A DNA stretch of 64,000 nucleotides from NCBI GenBank assembly GCA_041656495.1, contig JBBADJ010000002.1, forward strand, positions 139,839 to 203,838, read 5' to 3'. Source of the stretch: Candidatus Ratteibacteria bacterium. GTDB taxonomy: Bacteria; Ratteibacteria; UBA8468; B48-G9; DTJG01. Position 1 is the first letter of the stretch; each line of letters starts with the position of its first letter. Below, piece by piece: positions 28,211-39,105 of the stretch. Below the pieces are notes generated by a model that was not told the origin of the DNA, did no database searches, and saw only the letters and a list, made by a program, of their open reading frames with translations. The translations under genes and the position numbers were made by a program.

Positions 28211-30265
28211 ATGAAGAAGAGAATGATAAGTATTGCCGCGCTATTACTCTTTGCGATGGGAAAAATAGTTTCAGCGGGGAGCCTTACGTTAGTAGAAAGC
28301 GGAGATCCCAAATCTGTCATTATCATCTCTTCAAAAGCAGAAAAACAATCTCCGGAAATGCAGGCGGCAATAGTTCTTGCAGATCATATTCAGATGATTT
28401 CCGGAGCAAAACTCCACATAAAAAAGGAAAATGAATTAGGTGCATTTGCTTTGCGCCAAGGAATCCTTTCTTTTCCTTCTGGAAAACTTCCTCCTAATAT
28501 CACAGGATTCATCCTTGTAGGCAAGAGCACCATTACCACTGCACTTGGAATAGAGGATACCGGCCTGTCGCCAGGCGGAATATCTCTGAAAAGATCCGGC
28601 AATACATTAACGCTTTTGGGCTCTTCAGCCCCATCAGATAAGTTTAGCGCCCGACATGCGGTCGTAGAATTTCTCTCTTCTTTGGGTATCCGATACCTAT
28701 GGCCAGGAAAAACCGGACAGGTTATCCCTCGGAACAAAACTATTTCTATCGCTCAACTTGACTATACCTTTTCTCCAATAATCGGACAGCGCCAAATCCG
28801 CAGAGGAGGATGGATTAATGAGCGTTCTAAAGAAGGTCTTCCGCGGCTTCAGATTACCGAAGAGGAGTGGAGAGAATCACGAAAAAAAAGATTTCTACCC
28901 GGAATAGACGATGACAACTGGATAGTATGGCAACGATTAGGTGGACATCTGGGCATTTCTGGGGGGCATGCGGGAGCAGGCCTCAGCGGTGGCTGGAAAG
29001 AACATGGAGAAAAACATCCTGAATGGTTTGCGTTACAAGCAGACGGAACTCGGGATCAAAGTAATGCAAAAGGAAGATGGCGGCTCTGTAAATCAAACCC
29101 TGAACTTATTGAATATATTGCAACCAGTATCATTGAACGCGTGAAGAACAATCCCTCGCTGACATGTATTTCTCTTAGTCCCAATGATGGAGGATATTCT
29201 TCTTTTTGTATGTGCGAGAACTGTAAAAAACTTGATCCGCCCGAAGGAACAAAAATTAGATTTAGGGTATATGAAGAGGTCGGAAAATCCAAGCGCCATG
29301 AGGTAGAGTATGTTTCTCTTACCGACCGGATGGTATGGTACTGGAATCAGATTGTTCAGCGTGTTACTACAGAATATCCCTCTCTCTTATTTCTTGGAGA
29401 AGCATACAGTTACTGGCAGAACCCTCCGGTGCGGGAGAAACTTCACCCCAACCTGGTGATCCGTTATGTTCCTGAAACCACTGATGGATGGGAAGGGTGG
29501 CGAAATGCGGGATGCCAGCGCATCTACTGGCGACCGAACATTCTTCTTGCAGGAGGCCGCGACGGAAAGTTTAATCTTCTTTCAAACCGTCTCGTAAAAG
29601 CCATGAACTATATGGCTAACAAGGGCATTCTTGCCACAGATATCAGCTCAATCTATGATAATTGGTCTATAACCGGATTTAACTATTATGCCGCTGCTCG
29701 CTTAAACTGGAATCCTCTCCTTAGTGAAACAGAGATTCTTAAGGAATACTGTAGCCCTGGATTTGGAAAGGCCGCAAAGAAAATAGAAGACTATATTCTT
29801 ATGATTCAGGAAGCATCCGAAGATCAGAAGAATCGGTTTACTCCGGAATTCTTCGCATCTCTTAGAAAAAGATTGAATGAAGCAGAAGAAATCGCAAGCA
29901 TTGATAAAGAGATCTGTGATAGGATCGCATTTTTACGGATGGGTTTGAATTTTACCGATCTTCAATGTGTCATTGATCGTATGGCAGAACAGGCTTCTAA
30001 AAAAGATCCCTCTTTTGACAAGAAGCGCGCAGATCAGCTGTTAGAATTGAATTATATGGTCCTACGAGATCTTGCCTTAAACCACTATGGAGTGGTAAAC
30101 ACTCCTTATTTAATGTGGGGAAGTGCGGATTATGCCCGCTGGGCTCCTCTTCGGGGACGTTCGTACCGTCCGGCAGAAGAACGTATAGCGCGAGCAAAAA
30201 CCCAAAGCCTTACCGGAAAAGAAAATAGTATAGAGGAGATGATTGTATCTCTCGGACTTGACTAA
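28211..30265 (+). CDS. Secreted 684-aa protein of unknown function (possibly a glycoside-hydrolase-like DUF4838-type fold)
   Basis: Signal peptide MKKRMISIAALLLFAMGKIVSA. N-terminus SLTLVESGDPKSVIIIS resembles the starts of Bacteroidetes DUF4838 proteins. Contains a CMCENC (CxCxxC) motif. No confident family assignment. Confidence 0.4.
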   Translation: MKKRMISIAALLLFAMGKIVSAGSLTLVESGDPKSVIIISSKAEKQSPEMQAAIVLADHIQMISGAKLHIKKENELGAFALRQGILSFPSGKLPPNITGFILVGKSTITTALGIEDTGLSPGGISLKRSGNTLTLLGSSAPSDKFSARHAVVEFLSSLGIRYLWPGKTGQVIPRNKTISIAQLDYTFSPIIGQRQIRRGGWINERSKEGLPRLQITEEEWRESRKKRFLPGIDDDNWIVWQRLGGHLGISGGHAGAGLSGGWKEHGEKHPEWFALQADGTRDQSNAKGRWRLCKSNPELIEYIATSIIERVKNNPSLTCISLSPNDGGYSSFCMCENCKKLDPPEGTKIRFRVYEEVGKSKRHEVEYVSLTDRMVWYWNQIVQRVTTEYPSLLFLGEAYSYWQNPPVREKLHPNLVIRYVPETTDGWEGWRNAGCQRIYWRPNILLAGGRDGKFNLLSNRLVKAMNYMANKGILATDISSIYDNWSITGFNYYAAARLNWNPLLSETEILKEYCSPGFGKAAKKIEDYILMIQEASEDQKNRFTPEFFASLRKRLNEAEEIASIDKEICDRIAFLRMGLNFTDLQCVIDRMAEQASKKDPSFDKKRADQLLELNYMVLRDLALNHYGVVNTPYLMWGSADYARWAPLRGRSYRPAEERIARAKTQSLTGKENSIEEMIVSLGLD

Positions 30266-30306
30266 TCTATCGTGATCTTTTTACTCTTTCAGATAGTAAA
30301 AGAGCA

Positions 30307-31383
30307 TTATAAAAGAAGGGATTCGCGAGAAAAGATCCCTTCTTCAGTAATAAAGGCAGTAATAAAATCACCTGGAGTTATATCAAAAGCAGGGTTCCAT
30401 ACTGGTGCGTTCTTCGGCGCGATTATTTGATTTCCAATGTAAAGAAGCTCGTTGCGAGAACGTTCTTCAATAGGAATAAGGGATCCGTCGGAAAGAGAGC
30501 TATCCAACGTAGAACGAGGCGCCGCAATATAAAAGGGGATTTTATGAGCTCTGGCAAGAACCGCTAAAGCATAGGTTCCGATTTTATTCGCAGTATCTCC
30601 ATTGGCACAGATTCTGTCTGCACCGGTAATCACCATATCCACGAGATTCTTCTGCATAAGAAAACCCGCCATATTATCGCAAATAAGCGTATAAGGAATA
30701 CCGACACGACTCAATTCCCATGCGGTCAACCGCGATCCTTGCAATACTGGTCTAGTTTCATCCACATAAACATGAATTTTTTTTCCGGTCCGTGCCGCGT
30801 AAAAAAGTGGACTAAGTGCGGTTCCCTCTCCACTAGTTGCAAGGCCGCCGGCATTGCAATGGGTAAGAATATTCATACCAGAACAGATAAGGGTATCTCC
30901 ATACTCCCCAATCTTTCTACAGGCAGAAAGGTCTTCCTCAAAAATCATCATCGCTTCCTCTTCCATAGCAAAAAGAATATCAGATATCCGAGATTCCTTC
31001 ATAGAGAAAGCGCGGTCATATACACGATCTACGCCATACCTGAGATTTACTGCGGTTGGCCGGCACTTTTTTATATAAATAGCCGCCTCTTTCATCGCAG
31101 AAAAAAAATCTTCTAAAGAAAATTCCTTCTTTGTGTGTGCAGTAAGCACCATGCCAAATGCTCCTGCAATACCAATAGCGGGAGCGCCGCGAACCTTAAG
31201 GGTATGGATCGCATCCCATACTTCTTCTATACTATACAGATGAAGAAACGTAAAGCGTTCAGGAAGAAGAGATTGATCAATAATTTCCAGAAAGGTTCCT
31301 TTCCAAGTTACCGTGGGAAAGGTGCGGGAAAAGAGATCAAATGACTTTGATTTCATTGATCTCTTTCCGCTGTTCAAGTGCAA
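30307..31383 (-). CDS. mtnA: S-methyl-5-thioribose-1-phosphate isomerase (eIF-2B alpha/beta/delta family)
   Basis: GAPAIGIAGAFGMVL and the remainder of the eIF2B-related fold; 358 aa. Start may be the internal Met MKSKSF. Confidence 0.8.
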   Translation of the reverse strand: MHLNSGKRSMKSKSFDLFSRTFPTVTWKGTFLEIIDQSLLPERFTFLHLYSIEEVWDAIHTLKVRGAPAIGIAGAFGMVLTAHTKKEFSLEDFFSAMKEAAIYIKKCRPTAVNLRYGVDRVYDRAFSMKESRISDILFAMEEEAMMIFEEDLSACRKIGEYGDTLICSGMNILTHCNAGGLATSGEGTALSPLFYAARTGKKIHVYVDETRPVLQGSRLTAWELSRVGIPYTLICDNMAGFLMQKNLVDMVITGADRICANGDTANKIGTYALAVLARAHKIPFYIAAPRSTLDSSLSDGSLIPIEERSRNELLYIGNQIIAPKNAPVWNPAFDITPGDFITAFITEEGIFSRESLLL

Positions 31384-34300
31384 AAAGAAGTTCAGGATGG
31401 ATAGAAACCGGATAACGGGGCAATACCACTCTTACAGAGCCAGCCTGCTCCCTTCGGAGAAGGAAAAGAATCATACAGTTGCCGCGATATTTCACAAAAA
31501 GGTCGCGTAACTCTTTCATCAAATCCTCGCTAAAAGAAGAAGTATTAAGATCCAATTGAAGTTTTCTGTTGTTCTTTTCTGAAATAGTATTAAGTGTTGC
31601 AACTTCCGATGCGATAAGCTTAACTTTTTCTTCACGACGGTCAATGCGTCCCCTGATAAAAAGGATCTCGCCGGTCTTAAGAAGGTTAGAACAGAGTTCA
31701 TACACCTTTGGGAAAAAAATTGTTTCAATACGTCCCATTGGATCTTCAAAAAGCGCAACTCCCATCTTTCCGCCTTTCCGGGTGCTCTTTCTCTCTATCT
31801 GTTCAAGAAACCCGCCAAACCAGTATTCCTCTCCTTCAGAGAGATCATCTGCCTGATTAGTCGTCGCAGTAACATAATAAGAAAGAAGTTCTCTAGAATT
31901 TTCAAGGGGATGGCCGCTTCGGTATACGCCAATCATTTCTCTTTCATAGGCAAGAAGTTTTGTATCCGGCCATTCTGGAAGAGAAGCAATAGCCTCTTCA
32001 TCCGCAGAAATTCCAGTATGCTCAACTTTAGAAAAGATAGAAAGCTGACCGTCTTCATGAAGTTTTTGAAGTTTAGAAGCCTGATCCATCGCCTCATCCA
32101 TTGCGGCATACAGTTGAGATCTCGGACGTTCAAAACAATCAAACGCACCGGATTTAATAAGACTTTCAATCATTTTCTTATTCACTACATGAAGATCTAC
32201 TCTCCGGCAAAAATCAAAGAGATTCTCAAAAGGCCCTTCCTTTCTTACCTCAAGAATATTCTGAATCGCGCCTGTACCCACATTCTTAATGGCCGCAAGA
32301 CCAAAGAGAATATCATTGCCCACCACACTCATTTCCGCCCGGCTTTCATGAATGTCAGGAGGAAGAACCCAAATATTCATCCGTTCCGCTTCCTCAATAT
32401 ATTCAGCCATTTTTACACTATCGCCAATTTCACCATTTAAAAGGGATGTCATAAATTCAAGCGGATGATTCGCCTTTAACCAGGCGGTGCGGTAAGTAAT
32501 TACCGCATATCCAGCGCTATGAGACTTATTAAAACCATAGGACCCAAACTTTGCCATATTGGAAAAGATGCTGTTGGCGAGCTTTGAAGAAATAGCATGA
32601 TGTTTCGCGCCTGCGACAAACTTTTCCCGTTGTTGTTCAAGAAGTTCCGGATCCTTTTTTCCCATCGCCTTGCGAAGAATGTCTGCCTGTCCCATCGTAA
32701 ACCCTCCCACTTCATTCGCTATCTGCATCACCTGCTCCTGATAGAGAATAGCGCCATAGGTAGGTTTAAGGATAGGTTCTAATAATGGATGATCATATAC
32801 AATCCGCGTAGAATCTTTTCTAGAGGATAAAAATTGCTGTATCATACCGGTCGTGCGGGGACCCGGGCGATAAAGCGCGAGAATCGCGATAAGGTCATCA
32901 AAACAAGAAGGTTTCATCTGAAGAAGTAAATCCTGCATTCCTTGGCTTTCAAGCTGAAACAATCCCTTTGATCTTCCTTCTCCGAGCATCTGATAGGTTG
33001 CGGAATCATCCGAGGGAAACTCTGTCAACACAATACCTTTTCTTTCACGCAAAAGAGCAATGGTTTCATCAATCACTGATAATGTCTGCAATCCAAGGAT
33101 ATCAATCTTCAGAAGACCTATTTTCTCTACACTCTTCATTTCAAACTGAGTAACATTCCCCTGGGGACCCTTAAAAAGAGGCACAATGGTTGTCAAAGGT
33201 TCATCGCTAATAACCATCCCAGCTGCATGGGTTCCGACCTGTCGTGAAAGTCCTTCAAGAATTTGAGCAATATGAAAAAGTTGACGTACTCTCTCATCAG
33301 ATGAGATAAGTTGCCGGATCTCTTTATTATTCTCCGCTTCATAGGAAAGTTTTATATCAAGATCGCGAGAAAGTAAATTTATAATCTTTCCTCTTTCAGA
33401 AAAACCCATATTCATCACTCTTCCCACATCATGAAGCGCTGAACGGGCGCTAAGCGTACCAAATGTTACTATCTGCGCTACATGATCCTCGCCATATTTT
33501 TCGCGGATATAGGCGGTTACTTCCTCTCTGCGCTGATCTGCAAAATCTAAATCTATATCAGGCATAGAGATCCGTTCCGGATTCAGGAAACGTTCAAAAA
33601 TTAACTGGTAATCCAAAGGGTTGATTTCTGTGATTCCCAACAGATAAGCAATCATACTTCCTGCCGCGGACCCTCTTCCAGGACCCACAGAAATAGCGCG
33701 GCGTTTCGCCTCGGCAACAATATCCTGAATAATAAGAAAATATCCCGAAAAATTCATACTCTTTATTACTTCCAATTCTTTTCGGGTTCTCTCTGTCGCG
33801 GCTATATCTCGGCTTTCTGAAAGGGAAGAACCATATTTTTCCTGGAATCCTTTTTCTACCATTTCCTCTAAATACTCTTCCGCAGAGATATTTCGGGGAA
33901 TCTTAAAAACAGGAATACGGTAAGAACCAAAAGAAAAGGTTACATTACATTTTTCAGAGATCTCAACCGTGGAAGAAAGGGAATCAGGAACTTCTCTAAA
34001 CAAAGATTCCATCTCTTCGGGAGATCTAAAGTAAAATTGATCGGTAGGAAGACGAAGACGATGAGGATCTTCTATAGTAGATTTGGTCTGTATACATAAA
34101 AGAATGTCATGCGCATAGGAATCTTCCTGCTTCAGATAATGACAATCATTGGTCGCAACAGAAGAAAGATCATACTTTTTGGCAAGAGAAAGAAGTTTCG
34201 TATTCACCTCTTTCTGAAGGGGAATACCATTATCCATCAGTTCTAAATAAAAATCGTCCTTCCCTAAAATATCAATATATGTTTTTAGAGATTTCTCCGC

Positions 34301-34765
34301 CTTCTCCTCTTCGCCCCGGCCTAAAAGCCATGAGATCTCTCCTTTAAGGCATCCACTCAGTACCACAAGCCCTTTTGCATAACGCGCAAGAAGTTCCTTA
34401 TCAATACGGGGCTTATAGTAAAAACCCTCCAGCCAGGAAAGAGTAGAAAGCATAACAAGGTTCTGGTATCCTTCCTGATCTTTTGCTAGTATCGTAAGAT
34501 GAAAAAAATTCTCTTCGCCGGATTTAGAGCGAGTTTCTTTCCTATTTCCGGGAGCAAGGTACATTTCGCTTCCGATGATAGGTTTAACTCCATGTTTCCA
34601 GGCCGCCTCGTAGAAAGGCACCACACCATGAAGGTTTCCGTGATCTGTGATGGCAACTGCCGGCATCTTCATCCGACGCGTTGATTCTGCAATCTCCTCA
34701 GCCCTGCACATTCCATCAAGAAAACTATACTCAGAATGAAGATGAAGGTGAACAAAATCCTTCAT
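31337..34765 (-). CDS. dnaE: DNA polymerase III alpha subunit
   Basis: PHP domain start FVHLHLHSEYSFLDG, 1142 aa with polymerase core and OB-fold. Confidence 0.95.
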   Translation of the reverse strand: MKDFVHLHLHSEYSFLDGMCRAEEIAESTRRMKMPAVAITDHGNLHGVVPFYEAAWKHGVKPIIGSEMYLAPGNRKETRSKSGEENFFHLTILAKDQEGYQNLVMLSTLSWLEGFYYKPRIDKELLARYAKGLVVLSGCLKGEISWLLGRGEEEKAEKSLKTYIDILGKDDFYLELMDNGIPLQKEVNTKLLSLAKKYDLSSVATNDCHYLKQEDSYAHDILLCIQTKSTIEDPHRLRLPTDQFYFRSPEEMESLFREVPDSLSSTVEISEKCNVTFSFGSYRIPVFKIPRNISAEEYLEEMVEKGFQEKYGSSLSESRDIAATERTRKELEVIKSMNFSGYFLIIQDIVAEAKRRAISVGPGRGSAAGSMIAYLLGITEINPLDYQLIFERFLNPERISMPDIDLDFADQRREEVTAYIREKYGEDHVAQIVTFGTLSARSALHDVGRVMNMGFSERGKIINLLSRDLDIKLSYEAENNKEIRQLISSDERVRQLFHIAQILEGLSRQVGTHAAGMVISDEPLTTIVPLFKGPQGNVTQFEMKSVEKIGLLKIDILGLQTLSVIDETIALLRERKGIVLTEFPSDDSATYQMLGEGRSKGLFQLESQGMQDLLLQMKPSCFDDLIAILALYRPGPRTTGMIQQFLSSRKDSTRIVYDHPLLEPILKPTYGAILYQEQVMQIANEVGGFTMGQADILRKAMGKKDPELLEQQREKFVAGAKHHAISSKLANSIFSNMAKFGSYGFNKSHSAGYAVITYRTAWLKANHPLEFMTSLLNGEIGDSVKMAEYIEEAERMNIWVLPPDIHESRAEMSVVGNDILFGLAAIKNVGTGAIQNILEVRKEGPFENLFDFCRRVDLHVVNKKMIESLIKSGAFDCFERPRSQLYAAMDEAMDQASKLQKLHEDGQLSIFSKVEHTGISADEEAIASLPEWPDTKLLAYEREMIGVYRSGHPLENSRELLSYYVTATTNQADDLSEGEEYWFGGFLEQIERKSTRKGGKMGVALFEDPMGRIETIFFPKVYELCSNLLKTGEILFIRGRIDRREEKVKLIASEVATLNTISEKNNRKLQLDLNTSSFSEDLMKELRDLFVKYRGNCMILFLLRREQAGSVRVVLPRYPVSIHPELLFALEQRKEINEIKVI

Positions 34766-35943
34766 TGCCTCCTTCCTGACTGTGATTCAGAGAGAGCCGA
34801 CTTTTTTGCCGCCTGATAGATTTTTCCTTCGGTTTTAATGGAAGGCGCAATGGCAATCTCCACAAGATGCATATCCCGGACTGTTTTCACACCTAAGCTT
34901 CCCATAGAAAGTTTAAGTGCGGCAATAAGGTTTTGCGACCCGTCATCGGTCCGAGAAGGACCAAAAAGTATCTCTTTCAACGTACCGCTAGTTCCTAAAG
35001 AAATACGAGTGCCTCTAGGTAGGTTCTCATCCGAGGTAGCCATGCCCCAATGAAAGCCTTTTCCGGGAGACTCTTTCGCTCGTCCAAACGCGGAACCTAC
35101 CATAACTCCATCGGCTCCCGCGGCAAACGCCTTGCAAATATCACCGCTTCCTATCATTCCTCCATCGGTAATAATAGGAACATACCTGCCTGTTCTGGTA
35201 TAGTAAAAATCTCTCGCTGCCGCACAATCTGCTGTCGCGGTTACCTGCGGAACTCCAAGTCCAAGTACTTCGCGAGAAGTACATGCCGCTCCCGGACCAA
35301 TTCCCACCAGAAGACCGGCAATACCTACCTCCATTAAGTCAACCGCAACCTGAAAGGTAACGCAATTCCCCACCATAACAGGAATAGGCATTGAAGCACA
35401 GAACTTCCGAAGATCAAGGGGTTGATAAACACTTGAAATATGCTGTACACTTACTACCGTGGATTGAACTACAAAAACATCAGCTCCAGCCTCTGCGGCA
35501 ATCATGCCATACTCTTCCGCACAGTTCGGAATGGAACTTACCGCGCACAAAGATCCCCCTTCTTTAATCTCCCGAACTCTGGCCATAATCAATTCCTTGC
35601 GCACAGGCTGTTTATAAACATCCTGTATAAAAGAAGTCGCTTTTTCTGCGGGACAGGAAATAATGGAATCTATAATTTTGTAAGGATCCTCGTATCTGGT
35701 ATAAATCCCCATAAGATTAAGGACCGCGAGTCCGCCCAATTTACCGAATGCAATCGCAAACGTGGGATCCACCACACCATCCATCGCCGCGGCAAGAATA
35801 GGAATCTTCAAAGTATGGCCGGCAATAGAGGTGGAAAGATCCACATCTTGGGGATTTATAGTACAATTGCCTGGGACCAATGAAATATCATCAAATCCAT
35901 AACAGACCCTGGCTTTTCTTCCCCTTCCTATCCACATTCCCAT
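34762..35943 (-). CDS. IMP dehydrogenase / GMP reductase family protein (no CBS pair)
   Basis: TIM-barrel IMPDH motifs incl. catalytic Cys loop GIGPGAACTSR; 393 aa lacks the CBS subdomain. Confidence 0.75.
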   Translation of the reverse strand: MGMWIGRGRKARVCYGFDDISLVPGNCTINPQDVDLSTSIAGHTLKIPILAAAMDGVVDPTFAIAFGKLGGLAVLNLMGIYTRYEDPYKIIDSIISCPAEKATSFIQDVYKQPVRKELIMARVREIKEGGSLCAVSSIPNCAEEYGMIAAEAGADVFVVQSTVVSVQHISSVYQPLDLRKFCASMPIPVMVGNCVTFQVAVDLMEVGIAGLLVGIGPGAACTSREVLGLGVPQVTATADCAAARDFYYTRTGRYVPIITDGGMIGSGDICKAFAAGADGVMVGSAFGRAKESPGKGFHWGMATSDENLPRGTRISLGTSGTLKEILFGPSRTDDGSQNLIAALKLSMGSLGVKTVRDMHLVEIAIAPSIKTEGKIYQAAKKSALSESQSGRRQ

Positions 35944-35985
35944 TCGCTTCCTCCTCGGTAGACACTATGTTGTACAATCCTTCCA

Positions 35986-37278
35986 TTACAGTGATGTATA
36001 CTCTTTTGTCTGATTTTTCAATCCGAGCAACAGTTCAATGTTTGATTTTGTAGAACGCAATTTTTGGCTCAACAACTCCATGGCTTCCACAGGATTAAGA
36101 GAAGCTAAAATCCTCCGTAACAGCCACATCAACTGAAGTTCATCTGCGTTGACAAGAAGTTCTTCGCGACGGGTTCCGGATCGGTTAATATCTATCGCAG
36201 GAAATGTCCGACGATCCGCAAGTTTCCGTTCAAGGTTGATTTCCATATTACCAGTACCCTTAAACTCCTCAAAAATCACATCATCCATTTTACTACCGGT
36301 ATCAATAAGCGCGGTACCAAGAATAGTAAGGCTTCCTCCCTCTTCAATGTTCCGCGCCGAACCAAAAAAGCGTTTCGGTTTATCAAGCGCATTAGATTCA
36401 AGTCCGCCTGTCATAATCTTTCCGCTGTGAGGAACAAGAACATTGTGGGCCCTCGCAAGACGGGTAATACTGTCAAGAAGAATTACCACATCTTTTTTAT
36501 GTTCCACCATTCTCTTTGCTTTCTCAATGGCAAGCTCCGCTACCTGCACATGACGTTCTGGTGGTTCGTCAAAAGTTGCGCTTATCACATCTCCCTTCAC
36601 AAAACGCCTCATCTCCGTAACCTCTTCCGGCCGTTCTCCCACCAGAAGAACAATCAACATCACCTCAGGCGCATTGGTAGCGATAGCATTGGCAAGTTTC
36701 TGAAGAATAATTGTCTTTCCTGCCCTCGGAGGAGAAACAATCAGCCCCCGTTGTCCCTTTCCAATAGGACATACAAGATCTATAAGTCGGGTGGTAATCT
36801 CCTCGGAAACCGTCTCAAGAAGAAAACGTTCATCCGGATGAATGGGCGTAAGTTCTTCAAAAGGAATCCTATCCTGCAGTTTTTCAGGACTCTCATTATT
36901 CACCATTTCTACCTTTAATAAGGCAAAATATTTCTCGTTTTCTTTAGGAGAACGGATCTGCCCTGAAACAGAATCTCCTGTCCTTAATCCAAATTTCTTG
37001 ATCTGCGAAGGAGAAACATAAATATCGTCCGGACCAGGAAGGTAATTATGGTTTAATGAACGAAGAAACCCAAATCCGTCTGGAAGAATTTCAAGAGTTC
37101 CTTCGCCAAAAAGAATTCCATTTTTCTCTGCCTGCACCTGCATAATTTTATAGATCAATTCTTCTTTTGTAAGACCACTAATACCATTGCCCGCCATCTC
37201 CCTCGCTATTTTCTGTAATTTGGGCATAGCAGTCTTTTTTAGCGCTGCCACATTAATCTGTTTCGTTTCTTCTGCCAT
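35986..37278 (-). CDS. rho: Transcription termination factor Rho
   Basis: N-terminal RNA-binding domain, Walker A (PPRAGKT), Q- and R-loops; 430 aa. Confidence 0.95.
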   Translation of the reverse strand: MAEETKQINVAALKKTAMPKLQKIAREMAGNGISGLTKEELIYKIMQVQAEKNGILFGEGTLEILPDGFGFLRSLNHNYLPGPDDIYVSPSQIKKFGLRTGDSVSGQIRSPKENEKYFALLKVEMVNNESPEKLQDRIPFEELTPIHPDERFLLETVSEEITTRLIDLVCPIGKGQRGLIVSPPRAGKTIILQKLANAIATNAPEVMLIVLLVGERPEEVTEMRRFVKGDVISATFDEPPERHVQVAELAIEKAKRMVEHKKDVVILLDSITRLARAHNVLVPHSGKIMTGGLESNALDKPKRFFGSARNIEEGGSLTILGTALIDTGSKMDDVIFEEFKGTGNMEINLERKLADRRTFPAIDINRSGTRREELLVNADELQLMWLLRRILASLNPVEAMELLSQKLRSTKSNIELLLGLKNQTKEYTSL

Positions 37279-37855
37279 GAATCAACCCCCTGACGATTGT
37301 CTGCACCTGTGTGCGGGTATGTAAGCGTGATATGCCATTATCTATGATAAAATCAGAAAAAGGCGTTTTTTCATCTAAAGGTATCTGCGCCTGCCACCGA
37401 CGCGTGATGTCATCTTCGGAAAATTTACTGGAAAGCCTTCTTTTAATGATCTCAAGGGGAGCCGTAACAGTGATAATGATATCAAACAGATGCTCACTAC
37501 GAGTTTCAAAAAGAAGGGGTATTTCAACCACCACTATTTTATCCGTATCAGAAAAGTTGTCAAGCGCTTGCCGCAATAGCTCAAAAACCCGCGGGTGAAC
37601 AATCTCGTTCAATCTTTGAGTTGCATGAGGATTCGCAAACGAAATGCGGGCGAGCTGACTTCGGTCAACTCTGCCATTTGAAAAAAATATCTCTGATCCA
37701 AACTCTTTCCGTAAGGATTCTTTCACCGGCTCTTCTATTAAGACAGCGCGAGCTATTTTATCGCAGGAAACAACCGGAATACCGAGTCCTTTGAAGATCT
37801 TCGCAACCGAAGATTTTCCGGAACCAAAAATTCCCGTAAGTCCAATGGTACGCAT
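37253..37855 (-). CDS. coaE: Dephospho-CoA kinase
   Basis: [19 protein letters not shown]-loop; 200 aa. Confidence 0.9.
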   Translation of the reverse strand: MRTIGLTGIFGSGKSSVAKIFKGLGIPVVSCDKIARAVLIEEPVKESLRKEFGSEIFFSNGRVDRSQLARISFANPHATQRLNEIVHPRVFELLRQALDNFSDTDKIVVVEIPLLFETRSEHLFDIIITVTAPLEIIKRRLSSKFSEDDITRRWQAQIPLDEKTPFSDFIIDNGISRLHTRTQVQTIVRGLIHGRRNETD

Positions 37856-37858
37856 TTC

Positions 37859-39100
37859 CTAAAGATTCCATGATCGGAGATACTGTTTCTGCCGTCCTGT
37901 AAGGCTATCTATTGAAACACCGAGACTTCTTAACTTCAACATCGCGATATTCCGATCTATTGTTTCTGGAACCCTGTAAAAACCAGGCGTCATTCTATCT
38001 TCTTCTGAAAGAAGTTTTGCACAAAAGAATTGATTGGCAAAACTCATATCCATTACTGCAGACGGATGTCCCTCTGCACACGCAAGATTAACAAGACGAC
38101 CTTCTGCAAGAAGATAGATCTTTTTTCCTTTCTTCATGGTATATTCCATTAACAATGGACGGATCTCTTCTTTTTTTTCTGCATGCGTTTCAAGCCACAC
38201 TGTATCTATTTCTACATTAAAATGGCCGGCATTCGCAAGGATAGCGCCATCTTTCATCTTTAAAAAGATTCCCGCTCCCACCACGCCGGCATTCCCTGTA
38301 ACTGTTACGATAAGATCCGCGAACGGAGCCGCTTCACGCAACGGCATTACCTCAAACCCGTCCATCACTGCTTCCAATGCCCTGATTTCGTCAACCTCGG
38401 TAACAATAACATGAGCGCCTAAGCCTTTCATATTCTTTGCAACTCCGCGGCCACACCATCCATATCCACATACCGCCACTTTTTTTCCTGCGATAAGAAT
38501 ATTGGTCCCTCGCAAAATTCCATCCACTGTTGACTGTCCCGTTCCATAGCGATTGTCAAATAAATGCTTTGTCATCGCCTCATTCACTCCAATAACAGGA
38601 AAAGAAAGTTTTCCTGCCTTTTCAAGATTTTTAATGCGGGTAATCCCTGTTGTCGTCTCCTCGGTCGCTCCCCGCACATTTACCGCAAGTGTCGGCTCAT
38701 TATGCAGAAGCGCTATCAGGTCAGCTCCGTCATCCACCACAATATCAGGAAGAACCGAAGCAGCCGACCGAAGGTTCTCGTAATACTGGGTGGAACTTTC
38801 GCCCTTTATCCCAAAGACAGGAATAGAATGTTCCTTTACAAGAAATGCGGCGACATCATCCTGTGTACTCAACGGATTTGAAGCCGCAAGTACAACTTTG
38901 GCGCCGCAAGATTTCAACGCAATCGCAAGATTTGCGGTCTCGGAAGTAATATGAAGACAGGCCACGATTTTCTTCCCTTGAAAAAAAGATCCGCCAGTTT
39001 CACGAGAAGCAATAGAAAGTACTTTCATCTCTTTCGCGGCCCATGCCACCCTTTTTCCTCCTTCGGGAGCAAGGCGAATATTCCTAATATGATAATCCAT
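37859..39100 (-). CDS. ahcY: Adenosylhomocysteinase
   Basis: Full-length SAH hydrolase similarity incl. NAD-binding GYGWCGRG. Confidence 0.93.
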   Translation of the reverse strand: MDYHIRNIRLAPEGGKRVAWAAKEMKVLSIASRETGGSFFQGKKIVACLHITSETANLAIALKSCGAKVVLAASNPLSTQDDVAAFLVKEHSIPVFGIKGESSTQYYENLRSAASVLPDIVVDDGADLIALLHNEPTLAVNVRGATEETTTGITRIKNLEKAGKLSFPVIGVNEAMTKHLFDNRYGTGQSTVDGILRGTNILIAGKKVAVCGYGWCGRGVAKNMKGLGAHVIVTEVDEIRALEAVMDGFEVMPLREAAPFADLIVTVTGNAGVVGAGIFLKMKDGAILANAGHFNVEIDTVWLETHAEKKEEIRPLLMEYTMKKGKKIYLLAEGRLVNLACAEGHPSAVMDMSFANQFFCAKLLSEEDRMTPGFYRVPETIDRNIAMLKLRSLGVSIDSLTGRQKQYLRSWNL

Positions 39101-39105
39101 AATAA

